Notes under the pieces: generated by a model
The model's database searches: none
What the model was told of the DNA's origin: nothing
What the model saw: the letters and a program-made list of their open reading frames with translations, nothing else
From: Candidatus Poribacteria bacterium
GTDB lineage: Bacteria > Poribacteria > WGA-4E > WGA-3G
Direction: 5' to 3'
Assembly: GCA_965205015.1 (NCBI GenBank)
Contig: OZ242029.1
Span: forward strand, 1,152,001-1,216,000
DNA length: 64,000 nucleotides
Shown here: one piece after another, positions 41,745 through 54,234 of the stretch
Layout: every line of letters starts with the position of its first letter
Numbering within the stretch: the first letter of the stretch is position 1
Program-made: the position numbers and the translations under genes

Positions 41745-43652
41745 TTGAATGAGGATAAAATCTTGAGAGCTCTTCCCTTCACGGCTGTTACGATTAGCGA
41801 CGGGTTCTGGGCACCTCGGCAACAGACGAATTCCGAGGTAACGATTCCCCACGAATTGGCACAATGCCGAACAACAGGAAGAATCGATAACTTCGCGAAA
41901 GCCGCTGGTTTGATGTCTGGCGAATTTGAAGGCATTTTCTTCAACGACTCCGATGTCCACAAATGGGTAGAGGCGGCATCGTATACGCTTCGGACGCACC
42001 CGAACCCAGTATGGGAATCGGATCTGAATGACGTCATCGCAAAGATCGCCGCGAGTCAACAGTCTGATGGTTATCTGAACACCTACTTTACGCTGGTCGA
42101 GCCGACGAAGCGGTGGCAAAACCTCGGCATCATGCACGAACTCTACTGTGCCGGACATCTATTTGAAGCAGCCGTCGCGCATTATCAAGCCACCGGAAAG
42201 CGTATCCTCCTTGACGTTGCGTGCCGATTCGCAGACCTCATCGATAGTATCTTTGGACCCGATAAACGGGATGGTTTGCCCGGGCATGAAGGCATTGAAC
42301 TTGCGCTCGTGAAATTGGCAAGCGTTACAGGTGAAAAACGCTACTCGGCACTCGCGGAATACTTTGTCACCCGACGTGGGCATTCTCCCTCAGTCTTTGA
42401 GAAGGAATTAGAGAATCCGGACATTCCCGGTGGGCTCGAGGCGTATCGACATCACTTCACGCGCGACGGAAAATTTGAGGGGCATTACGCGCAAGCGCAT
42501 CTCCCGGTACAGGAACAGACAGAGTGTGTTGGACACGCCGTGCGTGCGATGTATCTTTACAGTGCCGCCGCCGACATCGCTTATGAGACGGGCGATACCG
42601 CAATCATAAACGCCTTGGAGGCGCTCTGGCGGAACGTCACAGAGAAACGCTTATATGTCACCGGTGGCGTGGGTCCTTCTGGACACAACGAAGGTTTCAC
42701 GAACGACTATGAGTTACCGAACGTCTCCGCCTACGCTGAAACATGTGCCTCTATTGGGCTGATATTCTGGGCACACCGAATGTTCCTACTGCGGGGTGAG
42801 TCGCGCTTTGTGGATGTACTAGAGACGGCACTTTATAACGGCGCGCTTTCTGGAATTTCGCTCGATGGCACGGGCTTCTTCTATCAGAATCCACTGGCAA
42901 GCCACGGCGGTCGGCATAGACACGAGTGGTTTGGCTGTGCCTGTTGTCCGCCGAATATCGCGCGACTTCTCGCATCTATCGGACAGTACGTTTATGCCGA
43001 ATCGGATGAAGGCGTATGGGTGAACCTATACATCGGCGGCACCGCTGACGCAACTGTTGCCGGCGACGTTTCGGTGAAAGTGACCCAAGAAACGGATTAT
43101 CCGTGGTCAGGCGAGGTCAAGATAAGGGTGGAACCGGAAACGTCTGTAAGGTTCGGATTGAATCTACGCATCCCGGCGTGGTGTGATGCGTTTGAAGTGT
43201 ACGTCAATGGATCCGCTCACAAGTTAGAAAGAGATGCTAACGGATATCTCTCCATTCAGCGACAATGGCATGCGAAGGACACAGTTCGTCTGACGCTCAC
43301 CCTGCCTATTGAGCGGATCTACGCACATCCACTTGTTAAAGAAAATCTCGGCAGATTTGCGCTGCGCCGCGGTCCCTTGGTCTACTGCTTTGAGGATGTA
43401 GACAATCCCGATGGCGTTTTTCAGACGTTGGCGCTGGCAGACGATGCCGACTTAGAAGCAGCGTTTGACAATGAGCTCTTGGGCGGCGTTACCCGCATCC
43501 ACGGTACAGGGAGGGTTCTTGATGCCGCCGATTGGGGTAATCACCTCTATCTACCTTCAAAACCTGCTTGGAAGCGCACAGACGTTACGGCAATCCCGTA
43601 TTACGCATGGTGTAATCGCGGCGCGGGACAGATGGCTGTGTGGGTTTTGTAG
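41745..43652 (+). CDS. Glycoside hydrolase family 127 (beta-L-arabinofuranosidase-like)
   Basis: FNDSDVHKW, HELYCAGH, GHAVRAMY, YAETCASI, CACCPPN, IPYYAWCNRG. Confidence 0.93.
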   Translation: MNEDKILRALPFTAVTISDGFWAPRQQTNSEVTIPHELAQCRTTGRIDNFAKAAGLMSGEFEGIFFNDSDVHKWVEAASYTLRTHPNPVWESDLNDVIAKIAASQQSDGYLNTYFTLVEPTKRWQNLGIMHELYCAGHLFEAAVAHYQATGKRILLDVACRFADLIDSIFGPDKRDGLPGHEGIELALVKLASVTGEKRYSALAEYFVTRRGHSPSVFEKELENPDIPGGLEAYRHHFTRDGKFEGHYAQAHLPVQEQTECVGHAVRAMYLYSAAADIAYETGDTAIINALEALWRNVTEKRLYVTGGVGPSGHNEGFTNDYELPNVSAYAETCASIGLIFWAHRMFLLRGESRFVDVLETALYNGALSGISLDGTGFFYQNPLASHGGRHRHEWFGCACCPPNIARLLASIGQYVYAESDEGVWVNLYIGGTADATVAGDVSVKVTQETDYPWSGEVKIRVEPETSVRFGLNLRIPAWCDAFEVYVNGSAHKLERDANGYLSIQRQWHAKDTVRLTLTLPIERIYAHPLVKENLGRFALRRGPLVYCFEDVDNPDGVFQTLALADDADLEAAFDNELLGGVTRIHGTGRVLDAADWGNHLYLPSKPAWKRTDVTAIPYYAWCNRGAGQMAVWVL

Positions 43653-43664
43653 TTTCCTCCTTTC

Positions 43665-45794
43665 TTATTCGAGGACTGGCGCATGCAGAGCAGGCGCGGA
43701 AGCACTGGCGTCTATGGCACCCGCCACCAAGACAAGGTCTTGTATATTGACAATCCCATCACGATTGACATCCGCAGGATTACTTCCCGATTTCCCAAGA
43801 TTTGATGCGATCAATACAAGGTCTTGGATGTTAACAACATCATCCCCAGTGACATCCTCTTTGCGTCTTATAGGTTCAATCGCATCTGATACAGGTTCAG
43901 TGGCCTCCGACATCGTAGACGGGTTGAGTTCCCATACGAGTACCGTGCCGTCCTTACTCCCAGTTGCGATGAGATTGCCATCTGGACCAAACGATACGCT
44001 GTCAACATCATCCACATGCCCAGCGAGCGTGCGGCGCTCGCTCCCCGTGTCCACATCCCACAGACGGGCGGTGCCGTCCCAACTCGCGGTTGCAACGGTC
44101 GTCCCATCTGGACTATACGATACGCTGACGATCGCCGCCTTATGTCCGGTGAGCTCGTGGAGTTCACTCCCCGTGTTCGCATCCCAAAGGCGGGCGGTGC
44201 CGTCATAACTTCCGCTTAGGATGATCGTCCCATCCGGACTAAACAATACGCTGGCGACCCCATCCCTATGCCCGGTGAGCTCGTGGAGTTCACTCCCCGT
44301 GTTCGCATCCCACAGGCGGGCGGTATGGTCATAACTTCCGCTGACGATGGTCATCCCATCTGGACTAAACGCTGCACTTCTGACCCAATGTGTATGCCCA
44401 GTGAGGGTGCGAAGATGGTTACCTGTGTTCACATCCCACAGACGGACGGTGTTGTCACCACTCGCGGTTGCGATCATCGTCCCATCCGCACTAAACGATA
44501 CATCTCTGATCCAATCCGCATGCCCAGAGAGCGTGCGGCGCTCGCTCCCCGTGTTCACATCCCACAGACGGGCGGTGTCGTCATAACTCCCGCTGGCGAT
44601 CATCGTCCCATCTGGACTAAAGGATAGACTGTTGACCCAATCCCTATGCCCGGTGAGCTCGTGGAGGGGATCACTCGCGTTCACATCCCAGAGACGAACA
44701 GCATGGTCCACACTCCCACTGGCGATCGTCGTACCATCCGGACTCATCGATACAGCGATGACCCCATCCGTATACCCGGTAAGGGTGCGGAGGGGATCCC
44801 CTGTGTCTGCATCCCACAGACGGACGGTGCCATCCCGACTTCCACTGGCGATCGTCGCTCCATCCGGACTCATCGATACATCTCTGACCCAATTCTTATG
44901 CCCAGTGAGGGTGCGGAGGGGATCCCCTGTGTTCGCATCCCACAGACGGGCGGTGTCGTCATAACTCCCGCTGGCGATCATCGTCCCATCCGCACTAAAC
45001 GATACGCTGGTGACTGTCGTCCTATGCTCGGTGAGGGTGCGGAGGGGATCCCCCGTGCTCGCATCCCACAGACGGATGATGAGGTCCGCAGCTGCGACGG
45101 TGGTGCCATCCGGACTAAACGCTACGCTATTGACCCCAATCCTCTGATGCCCGGTGAGCGTGTGGCGCTCCCTACCCGTGTTCACATCCCACAGACGGAC
45201 GGTGCGGTCTTCACCCCCGCTCGCGACGGTGGTGCCATCCGGACTAAACGCTACGCTGGTGATCCCAGGTCTAACAAGACTTCTGCCCGACTTCGTATGC
45301 CCAGTGAGGGTGCGGAGGGGACCCCCTGTGTTCACATCCCACAGACGGACGGTGTTGTCTGCACCTCCGCTCGCGAGGGTCGTGCCATCCGCACTAAACG
45401 CTACGCTGAAGACCCTATTCGTATGCCCGGTGAGCGTGTGGAGGGGACCCCCTGTGTTCGCATCCCACAGGCGGATGTCACTGTCTTCACCCCCGCTGGC
45501 CATGGTGGTGCCATCTGGACTAAACGCTATGCAGTTGACGCCAGACGTATGGCCCCTGATCAGTTCAAGTTCTTCGCCTGTCTGGGCGTCGTAGATCCAA
45601 ATACCGATATTACTTACGACTGCCAGGTGTGTGCCGTCCGGCGAATACTTTATTTGATTTATCTTGCCTTTGCCGAGACGTGCTTTAGCACCTTCGGGTA
45701 ATCCCAACGTTGTGTAATCTTGTGCAAAGGTGTTTGCCACGTCAGCAAATATCGCCAAAAGTAGAACTAAAATCGAAAATAGTGTAATTTTCAT
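43665..45794 (-). CDS. Secreted WD40 repeat protein with C-terminal dockerin-like motifs
   Basis: Signal peptide, LPEGAKARLGKG, about 13 near-identical WD40 units, DVTGDDVVNIQDL / DVNRDGIVNIQDL. Confidence 0.9.
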   Translation of the reverse strand: MKITLFSILVLLLAIFADVANTFAQDYTTLGLPEGAKARLGKGKINQIKYSPDGTHLAVVSNIGIWIYDAQTGEELELIRGHTSGVNCIAFSPDGTTMASGGEDSDIRLWDANTGGPLHTLTGHTNRVFSVAFSADGTTLASGGADNTVRLWDVNTGGPLRTLTGHTKSGRSLVRPGITSVAFSPDGTTVASGGEDRTVRLWDVNTGRERHTLTGHQRIGVNSVAFSPDGTTVAAADLIIRLWDASTGDPLRTLTEHRTTVTSVSFSADGTMIASGSYDDTARLWDANTGDPLRTLTGHKNWVRDVSMSPDGATIASGSRDGTVRLWDADTGDPLRTLTGYTDGVIAVSMSPDGTTIASGSVDHAVRLWDVNASDPLHELTGHRDWVNSLSFSPDGTMIASGSYDDTARLWDVNTGSERRTLSGHADWIRDVSFSADGTMIATASGDNTVRLWDVNTGNHLRTLTGHTHWVRSAAFSPDGMTIVSGSYDHTARLWDANTGSELHELTGHRDGVASVLFSPDGTIILSGSYDGTARLWDANTGSELHELTGHKAAIVSVSYSPDGTTVATASWDGTARLWDVDTGSERRTLAGHVDDVDSVSFGPDGNLIATGSKDGTVLVWELNPSTMSEATEPVSDAIEPIRRKEDVTGDDVVNIQDLVLIASNLGKSGSNPADVNRDGIVNIQDLVLVAGAIDASASAPALHAPVLE

Positions 45795-45926
45795 GCGTAA
45801 TTTCCCCTTATATCACGTCTTTTAACATTAAACATTAAACAGTGTAATAGGGTTTACATCCTCTGTTATTAAAGACGAATTTCGAGGTCGAAAAGGTGCA
45901 ACATGAAAAACAATTGTATAGCTAAC

Positions 45927-46040
45927 AGGACTTACGCAATTTGCGAGTGATACGCTACAGTTCACACGCCGCTGGCGAGGTGTTTTTGCTGGGGTGTTTC
46001 CCCTAGAAACCTCGCCGGCACAGGGTGCTGCGTAAGTCCT
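45927..46040. mobile_element. MITE-like element with AGGACTTACGCA terminal inverted repeats
   Basis: aggacttacgca ... tgcgtaagtcct; internal gctggcgagg/cctcgccggc; same end motif at 49098-49109. Confidence 0.65.
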
Positions 46041-46306
46041 ATCTAACGATGACTGTTGCGAAGAGAGGCTAACTTTCACGGAGGCTTCACGGAGGTTTAC
46101 ACGGATATAGGCGTGACGTGGGTCGCCAAGACGCAATACGTCCCTTCTCCGTGAAAAAACGGATGTGAAAATAGGATTAACATATAGTATCAGTATTTTT
46201 ATGGGAGATTTTAGGGGGGAGAGCACATTGTCTGAATCGTCTGAATCGGGATTCATGGGATCGATGGAATAGAAAAAACTGCCTGAGCGTGTGTAGAAGG
46301 GAACCG

Positions 46307-46693
46307 CTAACACGCTTTAATGAACGCGAGAATCACGCCGATAACGGCGACTTCAGCCCCAATGACCCATTTGAGGGTTCCAATCCCGGTCTCGATGCGT
46401 TCTACACGGCGCCCGAGGTCATCAACCTTTCCATCGAGACGGCGCCCGAGGTCATCAATCTTTCCATCGAGACGGCGCCCGAGGTCATCAATCTTTCCAT
46501 CAAGGGTATCCAACTTTTCGTTCGTCGCGTCAAGGGCTGTTTGATCGGCTTTTGTTTCAATCAAGCGGTCCATACGTCCATCAAGACGGTCCATACGTCC
46601 ATCAAGACGGTCCATACGTCCATCAAGACGATCCAGTCGGACGTTTATCTGTTTTAGCGTCTGAAGCAGTAGATCGTTGAAATGATTTGCCAT
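46307..46693 (-). CDS. Small coiled-coil repeat protein with a C-terminal membrane anchor
   Basis: RLDGRMD heptad and LDGKIDDLGRR 11-aa repeats, C-terminal TM; promoter TTGACA-N18-TAAAAT at 46715-46744; AAGGAGG RBS. Confidence 0.75.
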   Translation of the reverse strand: MANHFNDLLLQTLKQINVRLDRLDGRMDRLDGRMDRLDGRMDRLIETKADQTALDATNEKLDTLDGKIDDLGRRLDGKIDDLGRRLDGKVDDLGRRVERIETGIGTLKWVIGAEVAVIGVILAFIKAC

Positions 46694-46759
46694 TGGAAAT
46701 CCCTCCTTCGTTGTATTTTAGCAGAAGTGGCTGATGGCTGTCAAGCAATAATTTCAGAT

Positions 46760-47023
46760 TACGGTAGTTCCTACAATTAAATGGACATCCAAGAGTTGGC
46801 GAGGTTACAAACCTCGCCAGCGGCAGCGCAAATGAACACCCAAGAGTTGGCGAGGTTACAAACCTCGCCAGCGGCGGCGCAAATGAACACCCAAGAGTTG
46901 GCGAGGTTACAAACCTCGCCAGCAGCGGCGCGGGATTTTGTTGGCGAGGTTACAAACCTCGCCAGCGGCGGCGCGGGGTTTTGTGTTTTAGAGCGTGTTC
47001 ACTTATTTCTGGGTTTTACTATA
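46760..47023. mobile_element. MITE of the same family as 39541-39657 with a tandemly amplified internal 51-bp unit
   Basis: Ends tacggtagttcctacaattaaatggaca / tgttcacttatttctgggttttactata; three 51-bp units from 46779 plus a partial fourth, each with hairpin ttggcgagg-ttacaaa-cctcgccag. Confidence 0.7.
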
Positions 47024-47032
47024 GATTCTGCC

Positions 47033-47059
47033 GTAGGGGTTGGGTTACCCACCCCCTAC
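47033..47059. repeat. GTAG-type REP palindrome; related copies near 29560-29584 and 63263-63285
   Basis: gtaggggttgggttacccaccccctac. Confidence 0.6.
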
Positions 47060-48918
47060 CGATGGAATCGGCGTTCCAATTCATCGCGCCCCATCTCAAC
47101 GATGATCGGACGTGAGTGCGGGCAGTTGAAGGGGAGTTTCGCCTCGGATAGCTCCTTGATGAGGTTCATCATCTCCTTGGTATCCAATGTATCCCCGGCT
47201 TTGACAGCCGATTTACAGGCGAGCGTTATCAAGGCATTGTCGATCGCCTCTGGGAGTTGTACGTCGGTATGGGGTTCTTCGGGAAGTTTGTCGAGCAGAT
47301 CGGTGACCGTCTGCGCGGCGATGCGGGTTGGTAAAGACGACGGAATCGCACGAATGAGGATCGTATTCCCGCCGAATTCTTCCAGATCGAAACCGAGTTT
47401 CTTGAAGATGTCGCCGTGAATTTTGAGGACCCCCAGCTGCTGCGGTGTAACTTCTAAAGTCACCGGTAGTAGTAACCCCTGCACAGGAATCCCATCGGTT
47501 TTGACCTGGTTAACAAAACGTTCATAAAGGACGCGTTCGGCAGCAACGTGTTGATCGATAAAGAAGATTTTATCTCCCGCCTCAACGACAATGTAGGTTT
47601 TAAAGAGGTTCGTCTTGAGTTGGACGTTCTCAAAGTCGAGCAGCCTGAGATTTGCATCGTCAGCAATCTGCTGCTGCGGTGGCTGTACAACGATTTCAGG
47701 AGATGTAGATGGCGTTTGCGCTTCCGAAGCCTGATCCGTGTCTTCCGTCTCCTGTGGTGTGACAGGCGGCGTTTGCATGCGATGTGCCTGCGGGATAGAC
47801 GTTGTTCGTTGCCCAGTACCGGATGGGGATCCCGGTGTAGAGCCTCCTCGGGGTAGACTGACATCACGATTCTTAGTGTTTTCCTCGGCGTGTGTCGGTT
47901 CGATGGGCGTTTCAATTTTGGGGATATATTTTGTTTTATGGAGCGCGTCACGCAGCATCCGGACGACCCCACTATAAATCGTCCGCTCGTTCCGAAAGCG
48001 CACCTCGATTTTGGCGGGATGCACATTAACGTCAACCGTTTCGGGTTCCAACGTGAGGAAAAGGAGTGCAACAGGCTGCCTGTCTTTGGCAACCATGGCG
48101 TCGAGTGCTTCCGTTAACGCCGCGCCGATGATACGGCTGCGTATCGGTCGCTGATTGAGGAAAAAGAGTTGATACTCTCGATTCGGCTTGGTAAATTCGG
48201 GTTTACCGAGCAGACCATACATCTTCAGGTCAGGCAACGCCTCCGTAAATTCGATGAGGTTTTCAGCGAACTCTCTGCCGTAGAGGAGGCGAACGCGTTC
48301 GAGGTACGAATCACAGGAACGGACGTCAAGGATCGATCTGCCGTTGTGTGTCAGCGAAAAATGGATCTTCGGATGCGCGAGTGCCGCCCATGTCACCTGA
48401 TTCGCGATATGATTCATCTCGGTCGTATCGGTTTTGAGGAATTTCAGGCGTGCGGGGACATTGTAGAAGAGGTTGTTAGCGGACATGTGGGTGCCGGGAG
48501 AACATCCACTCTCCTGCACAGAACGAAAAACGCCGCCCTCAACGTCCACCTTTGTTCCCTCAAGCGCGTCAGCGGTACGGGTGAGCAGCTCAAATTGCGA
48601 AACGGAGGCGATACTTGCCAAGGCTTCGCCGCGGAACCCAAAAGTATGAATACGCGCAAGGTCTTCAATCCGGTTCACTTTGCTCGTTGCATGGCGTTCC
48701 AAGGCAAGGAGTGCATCCTCGCGTTCCATCCCGAGACCGTTATCAGACACACGGATGAGGCGTTTCCCACCGGCTCGAACTTCAACGCGGATTGAGGTGC
48801 TTCCTGCATCTATAGCATTTTCAATGAGTTCTTTGACGACGGACGCAGGACGTTCAACGACTTCACCTGCGGCAATCTTATTCGCAACATCTGCAGAGAG
48901 TATCTTAATTTTTGGCAT
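47056..48918 (-). CDS. mutL: DNA mismatch repair endonuclease MutL
   Basis: IAAGEVVERPASVVKEL, GFRGEALASI, DVNVHPAK, DQHVAAER, ACK, CPHSRP. Confidence 0.97.
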   Translation of the reverse strand: MPKIKILSADVANKIAAGEVVERPASVVKELIENAIDAGSTSIRVEVRAGGKRLIRVSDNGLGMEREDALLALERHATSKVNRIEDLARIHTFGFRGEALASIASVSQFELLTRTADALEGTKVDVEGGVFRSVQESGCSPGTHMSANNLFYNVPARLKFLKTDTTEMNHIANQVTWAALAHPKIHFSLTHNGRSILDVRSCDSYLERVRLLYGREFAENLIEFTEALPDLKMYGLLGKPEFTKPNREYQLFFLNQRPIRSRIIGAALTEALDAMVAKDRQPVALLFLTLEPETVDVNVHPAKIEVRFRNERTIYSGVVRMLRDALHKTKYIPKIETPIEPTHAEENTKNRDVSLPRGGSTPGSPSGTGQRTTSIPQAHRMQTPPVTPQETEDTDQASEAQTPSTSPEIVVQPPQQQIADDANLRLLDFENVQLKTNLFKTYIVVEAGDKIFFIDQHVAAERVLYERFVNQVKTDGIPVQGLLLPVTLEVTPQQLGVLKIHGDIFKKLGFDLEEFGGNTILIRAIPSSLPTRIAAQTVTDLLDKLPEEPHTDVQLPEAIDNALITLACKSAVKAGDTLDTKEMMNLIKELSEAKLPFNCPHSRPIIVEMGRDELERRFHR

Positions 48919-49116
48919 TTTTTAATTTTACCTTGCGGAGAAACAGAGTGCGTTTGGAACTTCGACGTGCCTTCCTCATATCCGCCTGCGTGTTTTTGCA
49001 AACGCTAAAATCCAATGCGAAGAAAGTGTTTCTGCGTATTGTTGCAGGCTGCGGTCTCGCGGCACAACTTAACAGGTTATGCTACAAAAGAGCAACGTGC
49101 GTAAGTCCTAAGAAAA

Positions 49117-51213
49117 CTATTCCTGATACAGATAACAATGGCATGAGTGTATCTGTGTAAAATCGGTTGCACCCGGATATTCGTCTTTACAAATCGGCAT
49201 TACTTCTGGGCATCGTGGATGGAAATGACATCCAGACGGTCGATTGATGGGGGAAGGCACATCACCTTCCAATCGAATCTTTTCAACCCCCGTCTGTTCA
49301 TCCATCTTCGGTACAGCGGAGAGGAGCGCCCGCGTATAAGGATGTTTCGGTGAATCGAAAATCTCCTCTGTTGTCCCACGCTCAACGATCCTACCGAGGT
49401 ACATCACCGCGACTTCATCCGCAAAGTACTCAACAACGGAAAGGTTATGCGTGATGAAGAGGTAGGTGAGATTAAAATCAACCTGCAGCGATTTCAACAG
49501 ATTGAGTATTTGCGCTTGCACGGACACATCTAATGCGCTGGTCGCCTCGTCACAAACAATGAACTCCGGATTGATAGCGAGGCACCGTGCAATGCCGATG
49601 CGCTGTCTTTGACCCCCGGAAAATTCGTGTGGATAGCGGGATACCATATCTGGAGATAAACCAACACGACGCATCAATTCTGCGACCTGCGTCTGTCGTT
49701 CCTCGTCAGATGTGCCAATACCGTGTGCCTGCATCCCCTCCTGAATAATAGCACCAACGGGCATCCGTGGATTAAGGGAGGCGTAAGGATCTTGGAAGAT
49801 AATTTGCATCCGTTTCCGATATGGATGCATCTGTTGCCGGGTAGTCGTAGCGATGTTGACACCATCATAAACGAGGTCGCCGTTGACAGGCACGCCCAAT
49901 CGGAGAATCGCTTTGCCAAAGGAGGTCTTTCCGGATCCAGATTCTCCGACGAGTGCGAGCGTTTTGCCGCGTGGAATATCAAGGGTAACAGCATCAACGG
50001 CGTAAACATAACCGACCGTCCGTTTGAAGATGCCTTTCTGAATAGGGTAGTGAACACACAGATCCTTCACCTGAAGCAGATTGGACGGGTGGACGGGTGG
50101 AAGGGCGGAAGGATGGGTCCGCACGCGTCCCTCCTTCCCCGTTTCCATTCCAGTCTCTTCCACGCTTCCATCCGATAATCTTCCTTTCGTTTCGAGCACC
50201 AATTTTGTGGCCCCGGTGAGTTTCGCATTGAAGGGCGGTTCAGGATTGTAGAGATGACAAGCGACACTGTGTGCGCTCCCGTTGACAGCATGTAGCGTAG
50301 GGACAATGGTATCGCAGCCGTCCATGACTTTTGGACACCGATCCGCGAATCGGCAGCCGTCATTATATTCGGTTGCTTTCGGAACTCTACCGCTAATTGT
50401 GTGCAATTCCGTTCCGCGTTTATCCCGCGCCGGTGTTGATTCGAGGAGTTTTACCGTGTAAGGGTGCTGTGGCGTTTCATAGAGTTGTTGCCATGTTCCC
50501 ATCTCAGCAATCTTTCCGGCGTACATAACAGCAACCCGGTCAGCGATGTTGGCGACGACTCCCAAATCATGCGTAATCAGGAGGACTGCCATTTGCAATT
50601 CCTGCTGGAGGCGTTGGATAAGTTCGAGGATCTGTGCCTGTATGGTGACATCGAGTGCGGTTGTGGGTTCATCGGCGATGAGGAGCCCTGGACGACACGA
50701 GAGCGCCATCGCAATCATGACGCGCTGCTTCATACCGCCTGACATTTGGTGCGGATATTCGCCGTAACGGGCAGCCGGTTCCGGAATCCCGACGCGATCG
50801 AGCATCTCAATCGCTGCATTCCTGGCAGCGACACCGCGCAGGTTCTGATGTTCCTGGATTGCCTCTGAAATCTGGTTGCCGATGGTGAAAACAGGGTTGA
50901 GACTGGTCATCGGTTCTTGGAATACCATGGCGATGTCGTTGCCTTGGATCTTCCGCTTATCAACTTCAGACAAACGTGTGATGTCTTGCCCTTTATAATA
51001 GATAGCACCGTCGGCGATGAACCCAGCGGGTTGCGCGATGAGTTGAATGATAGAGAGTGCCGTGACGCTTTTACCACACCCCGATTCCCCAACGAGCGCG
51101 AAAATTTCGTTCGGTTTAATGTCAAAAGAGATGCCATCAACGGCTCGGGCAAGTCCTTCGGGGGTGCGAAAATGGGTTTTGAGGTTTTGTACGCTGAGCA
51201 ATGTGTCGTCCAT
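49117..51213 (-). CDS. Dipeptide/oligopeptide ABC transporter ATP-binding protein (fused DppD/DppF-like)
   Basis: Two ATPase domains (GESGCGKS, GESGSGKT), YPHQMSGG and YPHEFSGGQ, HPYT. Confidence 0.93.
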   Translation of the reverse strand: MDDTLLSVQNLKTHFRTPEGLARAVDGISFDIKPNEIFALVGESGCGKSVTALSIIQLIAQPAGFIADGAIYYKGQDITRLSEVDKRKIQGNDIAMVFQEPMTSLNPVFTIGNQISEAIQEHQNLRGVAARNAAIEMLDRVGIPEPAARYGEYPHQMSGGMKQRVMIAMALSCRPGLLIADEPTTALDVTIQAQILELIQRLQQELQMAVLLITHDLGVVANIADRVAVMYAGKIAEMGTWQQLYETPQHPYTVKLLESTPARDKRGTELHTISGRVPKATEYNDGCRFADRCPKVMDGCDTIVPTLHAVNGSAHSVACHLYNPEPPFNAKLTGATKLVLETKGRLSDGSVEETGMETGKEGRVRTHPSALPPVHPSNLLQVKDLCVHYPIQKGIFKRTVGYVYAVDAVTLDIPRGKTLALVGESGSGKTSFGKAILRLGVPVNGDLVYDGVNIATTTRQQMHPYRKRMQIIFQDPYASLNPRMPVGAIIQEGMQAHGIGTSDEERQTQVAELMRRVGLSPDMVSRYPHEFSGGQRQRIGIARCLAINPEFIVCDEATSALDVSVQAQILNLLKSLQVDFNLTYLFITHNLSVVEYFADEVAVMYLGRIVERGTTEEIFDSPKHPYTRALLSAVPKMDEQTGVEKIRLEGDVPSPINRPSGCHFHPRCPEVMPICKDEYPGATDFTQIHSCHCYLYQE

Positions 51214-51277
51214 AGGGTTACTATAGCACGGAATTTAGTGAAAGTCAAAGGAAATCGAAAGCCTAAATTTTTTGTGG

Positions 51278-51306
51278 TTGACACGCACGCCCAAAAATGC
51301 TTTAAT
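51278..51306 (+). promoter_or_regulatory. sigma70-like promoter of the coiled-coil gene at 51329
   Basis: TTGACA-N14-TG-n-TTTAAT; same architecture as 58376-58404. Confidence 0.6.
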
Positions 51307-51328
51307 ATCTCCAAAAGGAGACATCCTA

Positions 51329-51799
51329 ATGAAAACCATTCTCGTCCTCTCAACACTGTTTTCTGCGATCGCGCTACCCGCTCTCGGTGCGCTCACCGAC
51401 GCAGACCTCAATAAGATCCGCTTGATCGTCACAGAAGAAATCCAAGAGGAAATCAAACCCATAAAAGCCGACATCGCAACGCTAAAAGCCGACATGGCAG
51501 TGATGAAAACAGAAGTCGTAAATCTAAAAGAAACCTTCAATATCAAATTTGATAACGTTAATATCAAATTTGATAGCGTCAATAGCAAATTTGACGATGT
51601 TCAAAACAATTTCGACAGACAAAATAGCATCATCATTGCCTGTATTGGTATCCCTTTGGTGATCCTCGCCATCGGTGCAACAGTGTGGGGCATTTTAGCA
51701 CACAGGCGGAGTGGGAAAGATCGCGAACAGGAAAGAATAAACCAAGAACTTCGAGAAGAGATCGAAACGCTCAAACAACAGAAGATTGTAAGTCCCTGA
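51329..51799 (+). CDS. Signal-peptide/coiled-coil/TM small protein, paralog 1
   Basis: PALGALTDADLNKIRLIV, heptad repeats, TM helix, INQELREEIETLKQQ tail. Confidence 0.8.
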   Translation: MKTILVLSTLFSAIALPALGALTDADLNKIRLIVTEEIQEEIKPIKADIATLKADMAVMKTEVVNLKETFNIKFDNVNIKFDSVNSKFDDVQNNFDRQNSIIIACIGIPLVILAIGATVWGILAHRRSGKDREQERINQELREEIETLKQQKIVSP

Positions 51800-51843
51800 C
51801 CAACAGAGTGTTCGGAAAAGTCCTAACGATAGGAGATACGATC

Positions 51844-54218
<2,375 letters not shown>

Positions 54219-54234
54219 GCGCGGTTTGATGCGG

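Noticed and set aside
44646-45701. 351-aa repetitive plus-strand ORF
   Set aside because: Antisense shadow of the WD40 repeats.
45828-46313. 161-aa ORF
   Set aside because: Spans repeat elements and intergenic DNA; no recognisable protein features.
46779-46974. Possible CRISPR array, and ORF 46781..47419
   Set aside because: Inter-hairpin sequences are near-identical rather than unique spacers; the ORF is a translation of the repeat running antisense into mutL.
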